Source: a virus. From it: a stretch of DNA of 64,000 nt. The notes beneath the pieces were generated by a model. It made no database searches. It was not told the DNA's origin and saw nothing but the letters and a program-made list of their open reading frames with translations. A program made the position numbers and the translations under genes. Shown one piece after another: positions 8,942 to 18,995 of the stretch (position 1 is the first letter of the stretch; the number at the start of each line of letters is the position of its first letter). The stretch lies in IMG/VR virus record IMGVR_UViG_3300025818_000017; one strand, written 5' to 3'.

Positions 8942-10135
8942 ACCCAATGCCCACTTGTTGTTTAGGTAGTTCTCAACGTTTCCAATCTCAACAGAGTTTA
9001 GTGTTCGGTCAAAGATAACGATTTCAGCAACATATCCTGTGTAGTTATTGGCATTTGCGCTATCCGCGCCGATAACCATTACGTTATTCAAGCTATTCGT
9101 TGTGGTTGTTCTTGTTCCAGCAAACCCTAGTGTATCTGTTGTTAAATCGTAACGGAATACTAGGTTTGCGGCATCTGTTCCCGCAGTACCGTCATATACT
9201 AAAGCAAAAATATGGAAGTCTGTGGTATCGCCAGCATTTGTTCCTGTTCCGGTGAGTGTATTTGTTCCATCGTCCATACGAACATTCCATGTGCCGCCAC
9301 TGTGGTAGATTTGTAGATCGTCTTGACGGGTAGTAGTCAAGTATGATGTGCCAGCGAGACTCAATGCTCTTGCTACCACGAAGATACTGAATCCAGCAGC
9401 ACTTGCCATATTAGTGAATGGATTGATATCCATGTAATCGTTAATACCATCAAACTCAACATAGCCGTAACCGTTTTGTGGCGTGGTGTTTTCGTATGTT
9501 GGTTTGCTGCTGCCTGTACTGTTTGCGTTGTGTGCATAATCTGATTTATCGGCCCATTGTGTAATCTGACCTTCATCTGTAGCACTTGGGATATATGTAG
9601 CGGTATCAGCACCATCATACCAAATTTGTAGAGCAGTGTCGGCGTCAGTAACTGCATCATTTGGGTCTTCAACAACAGCCCCTGCACCAGATACCCAGGG
9701 TCTATGTGGGACCAACGGGTTTATAGTTGTGCTATCGTCCACTAGGCTATTTCCTGTGTATGGACGAGCGAGAGCTAAAACATCATAAGTATTCCATTCT
9801 CTAAAGAAGGTTGCGGTATCGTCACCGTCTGCTTGTCTTTTTTCTTGTGCAATCTCTAATCTCATAAGTTGGTTGTTTTCTTTATCTGCTTGATTTTTAG
9901 CACAGCAGTCAATGTAATCACCTGTAGTAAGACCTAATGATGCGAGGGTATCTCCGCTATTATTGATGTCGTTTATTACTCTCGTGTTTCTCTCGCAGAT
10001 TGTGTAGTAAGCGGAACTCAACCCTTCATCTGCTGCGATAGCAGTAAGAAGCTGAGACATAGTTTGTCCATCATCAATGACAAGAGTATAACCTTGTCCA
10101 GTAAGTCCTTTGTAGTTTAGAGTAATGTTAGCCAT
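8936..10135 (-). CDS. ubiquitin-like N-terminal domain plus LamG/concanavalin-like domain protein (probably virion)
   Basis: KGLTG..TL...T...I..EG N-terminus; LQIWYDG, WADKS, EFDG, YTGYVAEIVIFDRTL; TATAAATA late promoter upstream on minus strand. Confidence 0.7.
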   Translation of the reverse strand: MANITLNYKGLTGQGYTLVIDDGQTMSQLLTAIAADEGLSSAYYTICERNTRVINDINNSGDTLASLGLTTGDYIDCCAKNQADKENNQLMRLEIAQEKRQADGDDTATFFREWNTYDVLALARPYTGNSLVDDSTTINPLVPHRPWVSGAGAVVEDPNDAVTDADTALQIWYDGADTATYIPSATDEGQITQWADKSDYAHNANSTGSSKPTYENTTPQNGYGYVEFDGINDYMDINPFTNMASAAGFSIFVVARALSLAGTSYLTTTRQDDLQIYHSGGTWNVRMDDGTNTLTGTGTNAGDTTDFHIFALVYDGTAGTDAANLVFRYDLTTDTLGFAGTRTTTTNSLNNVMVIGADSANANNYTGYVAEIVIFDRTLNSVEIGNVENYLNNKWALGL

Positions 10136-10192
10136 ATCTATATTTATAATATATTGCAAGTTATCGTCTGTATATGTTAGAATAAATACTGT

Positions 10193-11827
10193 ATGAAAAG
10201 TACTGCTGTAATGGGCTGGCTTGCCCTCTTTATGTCTTTAGCTATCGCCGCTTGTGCGGCGTATTTTAGTATTGCTGGTTTGGCGGTATTGTTTGCCGCC
10301 GCTCTCATTCCTGTTATCATTATGGCTACCACGCTGGAGATTGGGAAGCTCGTAGCAACTTTCTTCCTGCATAGATTTTGGGAAGAATTGCCGGGGCAAA
10401 TAAAATATCCAATGACAATGATGGTCGTTATTCTTATGCTTATTACGAGTATGGGTATCTTTGGTTTCTTATCTAAGGGACACATTGAACAAGAAGCACC
10501 AGAAATCTCAATGCAAACTGAGATAGATAACGTTGATAATCAGATCGGTTTCCACAAGGGTGCTATCAAGGACATTGAGAAAGACCTTGCACAAATTCGT
10601 GAAAGTCTAGACAGATACACTGAATTAGGTGCTGTTACAAAAGGTCTAGCAGCACGAGAAAAACTACAAAAAGATATTGACGGTCTACGAGAAAAGATTG
10701 CTAAAGAGCGTAAAGAAATCCGTACCCTTGAAGAAGAGAAGTTAAATATTAGACAACGAATAAATGAGATTGAAGCCAAGCTTGGTCCTGTAAAGTACGT
10801 TGCAGAATTATTTGGCTTTGACCTCAAGGAAGACCCGCAAGGTAAGGGTAAAGCAGTCCGTATTGTTATTGTGCTATTCATGCTTGCTTTTGACCCGTTG
10901 GCTATTTGGCTGGTCATGGCTAGTGATTGGGCTTTCCTAAAGTATCGCAGAGAAAGAGAAGAACTAGGCTTAGACGAAAAAGAGGAAGAAGAGCGTCAGC
11001 GTAAACTAGAAGAAGAAGAGCAAAGAAGACTACAAAAGATAGCTGAAAAAGAAAAAGAACTAGAAGAAAAACTATCTAAAAAAAACCTGACCAAAGAGGA
11101 AGAAATGACCGAGCTTGAGGAAGCATTGGTCCAAGTGTATCATCAACTAGAGGAAAAAGAAATGGAACTAAAAGAGTATACCGCAATCCTAGAAGAGCTA
11201 GGTCGCACGTTGGATGAAAAGCCAACGGAAATTGAGAAAATCGTTGAGATTGAGAATACTGAAAAACTAGAAGAAATGGTTGCCGAAATTAACCAACTTG
11301 AAAGTCAGAAGATAAACCTAGAGCAAGAAATGGAAAGTATTCGTGCTAGTTTGATGACAAAGGAACAAGTTGCAGACGAGCTAAAACAAGCTTTGGTAGA
11401 AGTTAGAAACGAACTAGAAAGTATTCGCCAAGAGAATAACGCTCTCAGAAGTGACATTGAAGCACGTGATAATGCAGTTGCTTCGTTGAATAAGAAATAT
11501 AATCTTGTTGAGAAAATCCCAGGTATGGTTCTTCGTCCCGACACAGGTACGCCAAAAGACGCTACCTTTGGTACAGATTTCCCATCTAACCCAGTAAACG
11601 GTCAGCAGTTTCTTCGTGTTGATGAACTACCAAGTAAACTATACAAGTACGATGGTTCCCGTTGGGTAGAAGTTGTAAAAGACGTTGATGTTGAGTACGA
11701 TGAACAATATCTACAGCATCTTATTAACGAGTTGGGAGAAGGCAACGTTGAACTTGACGACTTGAGCCAAAAAGAACAAGAGGAAATCCAAGCCTTATTA
11801 AGCAAAGACGATGTACTCGGACAATAA
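10193..11827 (+). CDS. membrane-anchored coiled-coil protein conserved in T4-like phages
   Basis: N-terminal TM helices (AAYFSIAGL, LEIGKLV), long coiled coils, FDPLA motif. Confidence 0.7.
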   Translation: MKSTAVMGWLALFMSLAIAACAAYFSIAGLAVLFAAALIPVIIMATTLEIGKLVATFFLHRFWEELPGQIKYPMTMMVVILMLITSMGIFGFLSKGHIEQEAPEISMQTEIDNVDNQIGFHKGAIKDIEKDLAQIRESLDRYTELGAVTKGLAAREKLQKDIDGLREKIAKERKEIRTLEEEKLNIRQRINEIEAKLGPVKYVAELFGFDLKEDPQGKGKAVRIVIVLFMLAFDPLAIWLVMASDWAFLKYRREREELGLDEKEEEERQRKLEEEEQRRLQKIAEKEKELEEKLSKKNLTKEEEMTELEEALVQVYHQLEEKEMELKEYTAILEELGRTLDEKPTEIEKIVEIENTEKLEEMVAEINQLESQKINLEQEMESIRASLMTKEQVADELKQALVEVRNELESIRQENNALRSDIEARDNAVASLNKKYNLVEKIPGMVLRPDTGTPKDATFGTDFPSNPVNGQQFLRVDELPSKLYKYDGSRWVEVVKDVDVEYDEQYLQHLINELGEGNVELDDLSQKEQEEIQALLSKDDVLGQ

Positions 11828-12191
11828 ACTTATCATAGTTTCTTCTCCTACGTACTATCACGGCAATGTACCAAGTCTTATGCTTTATGATATAGAACCC
11901 GATGATATGAAGATCATTATGGAGATTCTACTTGATTCGGATATCGTTATGAGTGTTCATTTGGGGTATTCCGATAAATCAGAGCGCGAATGGTTGTTAA
12001 ATACTAGTAGACAGGTTGACAGAACGATTGTTAATCTTCAAAAACATGATTTGATTAAAGGATTTATATTGAATTACCCCACTGTTTCGTATTATAATAA
12101 TACACACGATATAGAGTCGTTGAATATGAACCAACTAACTGATCCCATCGATTACATACTGAGGTTTGTGCATGAGCAAAGAGACGAATGA
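11811..12191 (+). CDS. hypothetical protein
   Basis: coupled ORF in operon. Confidence 0.55.
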   Translation: MYSDNKLIIVSSPTYYHGNVPSLMLYDIEPDDMKIIMEILLDSDIVMSVHLGYSDKSEREWLLNTSRQVDRTIVNLQKHDLIKGFILNYPTVSYYNNTHDIESLNMNQLTDPIDYILRFVHEQRDE

Positions 12192-13431
12192 AAAGAACTT
12201 AAACTGCGACTTTTGTGGAAAGAACCGCAACGAGGTCGATAAGCTTATTGTGGGCAACGATACAAGCATTTGTAATGAGTGTGTTGATCTATGTCATGAC
12301 ATTCTTGAGAACGATAGGTTTACCAAACTAAAGAAAAACCTAATCAACAAAGACTATCTAAATCCCATCAAAATCAAAGAACACCTAGACAAATATGTTA
12401 TTTCACAAGATAAAGCAAAGATTGCTTTATCCGTTGCCGTAGCAAATCATTTCAAGCGTATTAATCATCCCCCCAAAGACCTAAAGATTGAGAAGTCAAA
12501 TATCATGATTGCTGGTCCTACTGGTAACGGTAAGACTATGCTTGCCCGTGCAATCGCGGAATATCTAGAGGTTCCATTTGTTATCGCTGACGCCACTACT
12601 CTTACAGAGGCTGGTTATGTAGGCGATGATGTAGAAAGCATTATTTCCCGTTTGCTACACGTTGCTGATTACGATGTGGAGAAAGCACAGAACGGTATTA
12701 TCTTCATTGACGAGATTGATAAGATTGCCCGTAAAAGTGAGAATGTATCTATTACCCGTGATGTATCTGGTGAAGGCGTACAGCAAGCCCTATTAAAACT
12801 AGTAGAAGGCACGGATTGTCGTGTAGCACCACAAGGTGGGCGTAAGCACCCATCACAAGAGTTGATCAATGTCAACACAGAAAACATCCTATTCATTGCG
12901 TCTGGCGCATTCGTGGGACTTGATAAGATTATTGAGAAACGCAAAACACCAGGTAGTATCGGCTTCGGTGCAACTATTTCTGAAAAAGAAAAAGACACAC
13001 TAGAAATGTTGAATGATATTGAACCTCACGATTTCGTGAGTTTCGGTCTTATCCCTGAGTTCACTGGTCGTTTCCCTGTATTCACTCATGTTGAGAAACT
13101 TGATGCGGCTGATTTGGTTCATATTATGACTGATACTAAGAACTGTATTATTGACCAGTATAAGTATTATTTCACCTTACAGGACATTGAGTTGGAGTTC
13201 AGCAAGGAAGCGTTAGTGGCTATTGCTGATAAAGCGGTTACATTAGAAACTGGTGCCCGTGGTCTAAAGAGCATCATTGAGGATGTATTATTGCCACATC
13301 AGTTTCATATGTATGATTACGCCAAGGATGGTGTAAAAAAACTTATTGTAGATGAGGCTACAATCGAGTATAATGATAAGATAAAGTTTGTTTATGAAGA
13401 GGTATCAAATGGCAAAACAGAAAGAGTTTAA
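12172..13431 (+). CDS. clpX: ATP-dependent Clp protease ATP-binding subunit ClpX
   Basis: C4 zinc domain, [23 protein letters not shown] loop, GARGL. Confidence 0.98.
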   Translation: MSKETNEKNLNCDFCGKNRNEVDKLIVGNDTSICNECVDLCHDILENDRFTKLKKNLINKDYLNPIKIKEHLDKYVISQDKAKIALSVAVANHFKRINHPPKDLKIEKSNIMIAGPTGNGKTMLARAIAEYLEVPFVIADATTLTEAGYVGDDVESIISRLLHVADYDVEKAQNGIIFIDEIDKIARKSENVSITRDVSGEGVQQALLKLVEGTDCRVAPQGGRKHPSQELINVNTENILFIASGAFVGLDKIIEKRKTPGSIGFGATISEKEKDTLEMLNDIEPHDFVSFGLIPEFTGRFPVFTHVEKLDAADLVHIMTDTKNCIIDQYKYYFTLQDIELEFSKEALVAIADKAVTLETGARGLKSIIEDVLLPHQFHMYDYAKDGVKKLIVDEATIEYNDKIKFVYEEVSNGKTERV

Positions 13432-13675
13432 CGGCTCAACTATTACAATCAAGTATCCCCCGAATCCTACTGACGAACAGAAGGCAAGGGCGTTCAACAA
13501 CGGTTTGCGTAAGTTCAAGAAGATGGTTCAGACTGAGGGTATCATCCAGGAATATCGTGAACGTGAGTTTTATGAGAAACCAACTACTCGTCGCCGAAGA
13601 GAAAAGTCGATGGCTCGTAAGCGTTGGCTAAAGCGCCAGCGTGAACTAGAGAACGAGCGTTGGGGTAATACTTGA
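13409..13675 (+). CDS. rpsU: ribosomal protein bS21 with N-terminal extension
   Basis: LRKFKKMVQTEGIIQEYREREFYEKPTTRRRREK. Confidence 0.92.
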   Translation: MAKQKEFNGSTITIKYPPNPTDEQKARAFNNGLRKFKKMVQTEGIIQEYREREFYEKPTTRRRREKSMARKRWLKRQRELENERWGNT

Positions 13676-13712
13676 CAAATCCCATTATATTGTGATATAA
13701 TGATAAATAAGA

Positions 13713-13806
13713 GTGAGGATATGCCATAAGGGTGTCCTCACCTTACTACCCGCAGATGCCGAATGGTTCGGGTCTGCATTACATAACTTGCTTAGATATA
13801 AGGAGT
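13713..13806 (+). promoter_or_regulatory. structured hsp20 leader with ROSE-like RNA thermometer
   Basis: two upstream hairpins, then ACTTGCTT pairing with AAGGAGT (SD) with a bulged G. Confidence 0.65.
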
Positions 13807-13812
13807 AAAGCA

Positions 13813-14241
13813 ATGAAAACATTAACACATCGTGATTTTCCACAACTCGTCGGCTTTGACCGTCTATTCAATGAACTAGATCGTTTGACTACAGCATCTT
13901 CTGGTTCATCCGCAGGGTATCCCCCATACAACGTAATCAGTGAGAGTGACAACGATTATATCGTAGAGATTGCTGTTGCTGGTTTCAGCGAGGATGCTTT
14001 GAGCATTGAAGAGCATGACGGAACATTGACTATTCGTGGTATTCCAGCAGAAGGTGAAGAAGATCGTAAGTACGTTCATAAAGGTATTTCTAACCGTAAG
14101 TTTGAGCGTTCATTTACATTGGCTGACCACGTTCATGTCGAAGGTGCATCTGTTGAGAACGGACTTCTGACCATTAAGTTGATTCGTGAAGTCCCAGAGG
14201 AACTACAACCTCGTAAGATTGCTATTGAATATAAGAAGTAA
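13813..14241 (+). CDS. ibpA: small heat shock protein Hsp20 (IbpA-like)
   Basis: GFDRLF, YPPYN, EIAVAGF, F.RSFTLA, NGLL.I.L, PRKIAI. Confidence 0.97.
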   Translation: MKTLTHRDFPQLVGFDRLFNELDRLTTASSGSSAGYPPYNVISESDNDYIVEIAVAGFSEDALSIEEHDGTLTIRGIPAEGEEDRKYVHKGISNRKFERSFTLADHVHVEGASVENGLLTIKLIREVPEELQPRKIAIEYKK

Positions 14242-14263
14242 TCTTCAAAAAGAGTTCCCTTAC

Positions 14264-14298
14264 AAGAGCGGTAGAGAAGTCTGCCGCTCTTTCTTTTT
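14264..14298 (+). terminator. intrinsic terminator
   Basis: AAGAGCGGTAG / CTGCCGCTCTT stem plus T-run. Confidence 0.85.
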
Positions 14299-14340
14299 GT
14301 ATAAATAACTTAGTATATTATTCAAAGAAGGGTGCTATCA

Positions 14341-14823
14341 ATGAAACAGAATCCGATACTATTCAAATGGTGGATACAAACAGTTGTTATTATATTTGCG
14401 TCTGTTATCGCTGGTCATCTTGGTTGGTGGGAAGCACTATGGGATGCTGACCAAACAAAGATTTCTATTCTTATTCTATTTCTATTCGTTCTTTCAACTT
14501 TGGGCGCTGGATATATCAGTAAGGAAAATACCCAAGAAGTTTTAGAAAAATATCAGAACTATGTTTGGTTCGCCAGTGAAGCAATGATTACCCTTGGGAT
14601 GATTGGAACGGTTGCCGGCTTCCTTATTCTTCTTGGAAATGGGTTTGAAAGTATTGATGTTACCGATACAAAAAGTCTGCAAAATATTATTGCTGGCATG
14701 GCGGTTGGTATGAGTACAGCCCTTACAACTACTTTGGTTGGTCTGATTGGTTCAGTATTGACTAAACTGCAAATGGTTATTATTGAGAACAGTTGGGAAG
14801 ACGATGAGGAAGTACAGAAGTAA
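14341..14823 (+). CDS. MotA/TolQ/ExbB proton-channel family protein
   Basis: LGMIGTVAGF and GMSTALTTTLVGL TM motifs. Confidence 0.85.
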   Translation: MKQNPILFKWWIQTVVIIFASVIAGHLGWWEALWDADQTKISILILFLFVLSTLGAGYISKENTQEVLEKYQNYVWFASEAMITLGMIGTVAGFLILLGNGFESIDVTDTKSLQNIIAGMAVGMSTALTTTLVGLIGSVLTKLQMVIIENSWEDDEEVQK

Positions 14824-15472
14824 TCAGCGTTTTAAAGCAAGTTTTGGAATGATTGACTTATTATTCAATCTATTGATTGGATTCGTCTTTCTTTTCATTA
14901 TTGCTTTCATTATGATTAGACCTATTACCAAGACAAAAACCATTGATCCAAAAGCGGAATACTTGATTATTATGAGTTGGCCGGAGGGTGATGAAAACGA
15001 CATTGATTTATGGGTAAAAGCAGAGAAATCAAAGATTGTAAGTTTTCGTTCCAAGGATAGTGGATTGATGCACCTTGACCGCGACGATCTTGGTGGAACA
15101 AACGATACTATCATTGTTGATGGAAAACCTACTAAAAGCAAAATCAACCGTGAAGTTGTTTCCATCCGTCAAAAAATACAAGACAAATATTATGTAAATG
15201 TTCATTGGTATTCACAAAAGGGTGAGAATAGTGCGATTGCTGATATCAAAGTAGAAGTAATATTGCTTCGTGTGAATCCTTATAAAGAAGTTGCTAAATC
15301 AACAGTTGTTCTTCCTACGAAGGGAGCAGAGGGCGCAGCATTTCAGTTCTACATTGGGGAAGATGGTGATATTGAGCAAGTTACAAAAGATGAAGAACGA
15401 TGGGTAATGGGTGAAGTACAAGCATATATTGATAATGCCGGTGGCGCTATGGATAGAGTGAACGGACCATAA
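14804..15472 (+). CDS. ExbD/TolR-like partner with single TM and periplasmic domain
   Basis: MIDLLFNLLIGF (conserved TM Asp); DIDLWV; DRDDLG. Confidence 0.65.
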   Translation: MRKYRSNQRFKASFGMIDLLFNLLIGFVFLFIIAFIMIRPITKTKTIDPKAEYLIIMSWPEGDENDIDLWVKAEKSKIVSFRSKDSGLMHLDRDDLGGTNDTIIVDGKPTKSKINREVVSIRQKIQDKYYVNVHWYSQKGENSAIADIKVEVILLRVNPYKEVAKSTVVLPTKGAEGAAFQFYIGEDGDIEQVTKDEERWVMGEVQAYIDNAGGAMDRVNGP

Positions 15473-15975
15473 TGGAACTATTTTTTACAACAACCGAACT
15501 TCTAGTAGTCTTTTGGGTAGGGTTTTCTATTGTCGCACTTGGTCTTGTATTTCGTTCATCATTATCTTTTTCACGAAAAATGTTGATTGTTCCCTTGACT
15601 TTCCTTGCACTATATGTTACAATAACACAATCAATAGAACTATTAGGAAAACCATACGAAGGGGTGCCATCAGACGAGTTTGTTTTTGTTTCATATAGAA
15701 TATCCGTTGACCCTACTACCAAGAAAAAGTCTATCTTGCTTTGGACTAATAACAAGGAAGAGGGTGATAGACTGTATATTCTTCCATATAATGAACAGGC
15801 AAAGAATAAACTACAGCAAGCCGCCCAGCGTCAGAAGCAAGGTGTTATGCAGATGGGTAAGTTTAAGAAAACAAAACAAACAGGCAAGCGACTAGAAAGC
15901 ACACTATGGGCAGATATACAACTTTATGATTTTCCTATGCAGACATTGATACCGAAAGACAACCCTAACAAATAG
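15472..15975 (+). CDS. membrane protein, third gene of MotA-like operon
   Basis: two TM helices, translational coupling. Confidence 0.6.
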   Translation: MELFFTTTELLVVFWVGFSIVALGLVFRSSLSFSRKMLIVPLTFLALYVTITQSIELLGKPYEGVPSDEFVFVSYRISVDPTTKKKSILLWTNNKEEGDRLYILPYNEQAKNKLQQAAQRQKQGVMQMGKFKKTKQTGKRLESTLWADIQLYDFPMQTLIPKDNPNK

Positions 15976-15983
15976 AGGACCGT

Positions 15984-16286
15984 ATGACTGATACTGATAT
16001 TGCTGAAAAAGTAAAGACTAATACCCGACTAAAAGAACCATCAATGTTCAATGTTATCTATCTAAACGACGAACAGACAACGATGCAGTTTGTCGTTGAT
16101 ACACTTATTCGTCATTTTGATTATGATGATTCAAGTGCTATGGAAAAGATGGCTGAAATCCATGATGAAGGTGCTGGTGTTGTTGCTACACTACCATATG
16201 AAATGGCTGAACAGAAAGGTGTAGAAGTAACGATTGAAGCACGAAATCTTGGTTTCCCGTTACAGGTAAAGGTGGAACCAGCGTAA
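15984..16286 (+). CDS. clpS: Clp protease adaptor ClpS
   Basis: LKEPSMFNVIYLNDEQTTMQFV...IHDEG...EMAEQK...GFPL. Confidence 0.97.
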   Translation: MTDTDIAEKVKTNTRLKEPSMFNVIYLNDEQTTMQFVVDTLIRHFDYDDSSAMEKMAEIHDEGAGVVATLPYEMAEQKGVEVTIEARNLGFPLQVKVEPA

Positions 16287-16810
16287 TGCGTGTGGTGAAT
16301 CTATTTTCGGGTCCAGGTGCTGGTAAATCAACTACCGCATCTGGACTTTTTTTTGAAATGAAAACCCGTGATATGGAAGTAGAACTGGTTACAGAATATG
16401 CTAAAAAGTTGGTATGGCAGAAACGTCATAACACTTTACAGGACCAGTTATATGTAACGGCAAAACAGAACCATCGCATGCAAATCCTACGGGAACAAGT
16501 GAACTGGTGTATCACAGATAGTCCTATTCTACTTGGTCTACATTATTCACCGCACTTTTACCCACGGACATATCCATCCTTTATTCTGGATGTTTTCAAC
16601 TCATACGACAATATGAACTTTTGGATTGAGAGAACAAAGAAATATAATCCAAATGGAAGGAATCAGACAGAAGACGAAGCAAGAGAAGCAGACGCAAATA
16701 TTCGTGCTATCCTTGATGATAACAAGATTGACTATACAGTTATTAAAGGAAATCCAGATGCCCCGAAGCGTATTATGGAAACTATTTTGGCAACAGGAGA
16801 TTACGTGTGA
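16286..16810 (+). CDS. P-loop nucleotide kinase (AAA_28/NadR-like)
   Basis: GPGAGKST, EYAK, ITDSP. Confidence 0.8.
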   Translation: MRVVNLFSGPGAGKSTTASGLFFEMKTRDMEVELVTEYAKKLVWQKRHNTLQDQLYVTAKQNHRMQILREQVNWCITDSPILLGLHYSPHFYPRTYPSFILDVFNSYDNMNFWIERTKKYNPNGRNQTEDEAREADANIRAILDDNKIDYTVIKGNPDAPKRIMETILATGDYV

Positions 16811-17299
16811 GGAAAATGTGGCCCAAGACGCACATACTGAACGGACTTGGCGAACAGCAAGTCAATCATGCACAGTATTATGCTTTGCGAATGGCAGAAG
16901 AAATGGATAAAGCTGAAAGAAAACTACGCGAAACAAACGATAGACTAAATGATGATGAACGTCTGGCGGATGATATTATCAAAGAGCAGATAATAAAGAA
17001 AAAGCTAGAGGTAGCAGAACATTGGTTAGTTCCATTGACAACCTATGTAGAACAAGCACGAGAAAACTTGGATTATATTGAGCCAGAAGATAACCCGATT
17101 ATGAAGGAACGTGGAGAATGAGAAATACAGTCTTTGATCTATTTTTATATCTCTATGTAGTATTCGCTTCAATTACTATGGCGGGTTTGATCGGTGCTTG
17201 GGCAACAGTAGGTATACAGGATACTAAACTATGGTTTGTGATCCCATTACTGGTTAGTGCAGCCTTTGCTGCTAAAATGATGACACAGCGAGAACAGAA

Positions 17300-17656
17300 A
17301 TGAAAATTATTTTTGGAAGAGAAAACGCAGAAAAGTTCAAAGACAACTATATCGTTCTTGAACTGGACACATTCAATGTGACCAATGTTGGTGAGGTAGT
17401 AACCTTTTGTGTATTATCCGCAGAAGAAATCCCGCTTGGTATGTTACCAGAACTACCACACTGGACAGAGTTTCATAATAAACTATTGAATGGTTATAGA
17501 ACCAAGCAATGGAACTTTTGCCTTGACTGTATCTCAAACCTAAAGGGAAAACTTGGTGGCGAGATTGATACATTCTATGATAATCTAAAACAGCGTATTG
17601 AAGTATATAGGGACACTGGCGTTCCCGACGATTGGACACATATACTCCAACGATAA
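17300..17656 (+). CDS. hypothetical protein
   Basis: coupled ORF with phage-like codon use. Confidence 0.55.
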   Translation: MKIIFGRENAEKFKDNYIVLELDTFNVTNVGEVVTFCVLSAEEIPLGMLPELPHWTEFHNKLLNGYRTKQWNFCLDCISNLKGKLGGEIDTFYDNLKQRIEVYRDTGVPDDWTHILQR

Positions 17657-17941
17657 ATATTGTATGAAGTTATTCATAGTAGCCTTTATCTATATATGTA
17701 CAAATGGTGGGTTCGTATGTAATGAAGAACCTATCACTAAAACGTGGCGATACGAAGATGGGAAAGACCCATCCATCATTAAAGAAAAGTGTGAGAAATG
17801 GATTCATGAAAAGATATGGGAAATGCCTTTGAAGCCTGGTGAAATAGCACAAGCAAGATGCCAGTTACAGCTAATAAAAGAATAAAAAATATGCTGAAAA
17901 AATAGTGGAGAAAAAAGTAGACGATATTATCTAAATACTGT

Positions 17942-18505
17942 ATGTATGAACAGTTATTTATATGGACCGTCCTAACTTTAGTTCCTCTTATTCCAACTTA
18001 TGTAACACATAGGTTTTTAGAGAGTTCTGCTACATATAAAGCCGCACACCAGGGTATCAAACTTGGTGGTGCTATTGCTGCTTATTTCATTCTATTGGGC
18101 ACAGCGTTTTACACATATAATAATATGTTCAATGACCCGCTTTCAGATATTCGCCAAGCATTATCTGGTGAATGGTCTTGTACGGGTTCCATCACTGAAT
18201 CTGATAAAGAGTTTGACCCAACAAAGTCTATTTCATCGTCAATGAATATTCATGTAAATGGCGGTAATCGTATTTCACTAACTGGTCATATTCCTTCTAT
18301 TTTTCTACACTGGCAAGCAGAAGAAGTTATCGTGACTGAAAAAGAGTTGATTTACATCTTCAATATTCCAATCAAAAACTCAACAGGCATTACTTGGTTA
18401 TCGTTCAACCGCACAGATGGTGAGATTCTTGGTCTTTTCGGTCATTGGGTTATCTCAGGCGAAAAAGGCAAAGGTTCGCTAACCTGTTTCAGAAATAATC
18501 AATAA
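17942..18505 (+). CDS. 2-TM plus beta-rich domain protein (Cap15/S-2TMbeta-like)
   Basis: two TM helices, then LSGEW, LIYIFNIP, LFGHW, KGSLTCFR. Confidence 0.4.
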   Translation: MYEQLFIWTVLTLVPLIPTYVTHRFLESSATYKAAHQGIKLGGAIAAYFILLGTAFYTYNNMFNDPLSDIRQALSGEWSCTGSITESDKEFDPTKSISSSMNIHVNGGNRISLTGHIPSIFLHWQAEEVIVTEKELIYIFNIPIKNSTGITWLSFNRTDGEILGLFGHWVISGEKGKGSLTCFRNNQ

Positions 18506-18570
18506 AAACACTTGACAATATCATAATTTATGCTATACTGTATATAGAAATTGAGATTGGAGAGATACAA

Positions 18571-18822
18571 ATGATCAACTATATTTCTGCTAACGACGGT
18601 GGTCTTGAGTTTCACACTGGGAATGGTGGGGCTTTCTTGGTTTCACGCGACATCAATGAGTTGGTTGGTTTTGCGCTGGATCATGGTTTCGCTGAAACTG
18701 TGATGGGTTCGTCCACGATGGACTTTGCCAGTGAGTATGGCTTTGAGACTAACGAAGGTGCCGATGAACTCTTGGAGAAAGTGTTTCGGCGGGTTGCTTT
18801 TGTAACGGAAGGTGTTGTCTAA
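18571..18822 (+). CDS. small early hypothetical protein
   Basis: GGAG RBS, early promoter at 18512. Confidence 0.65.
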   Translation: MINYISANDGGLEFHTGNGGAFLVSRDINELVGFALDHGFAETVMGSSTMDFASEYGFETNEGADELLEKVFRRVAFVTEGVV

Positions 18823-18995
18823 TGGATCAATATACCGCAGTTGGCCTTGCTGAAGGTTTCATTGAAGCTGAAAGCGAAGAACAAGTGATTGAAGCGTGGC
18901 AGTATCTGATCGATACAGGGCTGGCCTATCGTCTACAAGGATGGTTTGGCCGCACCGCAACCGACCTGATTGAACAGGGGATTTGTGATGGATAA
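18822..18995 (+). CDS. 57-aa hypothetical protein (not in ORF track)
   Basis: MDQYTAVGLAEGFIEAESEEQVIEAWQYLIDTGLAYRLQGWFGRTA...; start overlaps upstream stop. Confidence 0.7.
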   Translation: MDQYTAVGLAEGFIEAESEEQVIEAWQYLIDTGLAYRLQGWFGRTATDLIEQGICDG

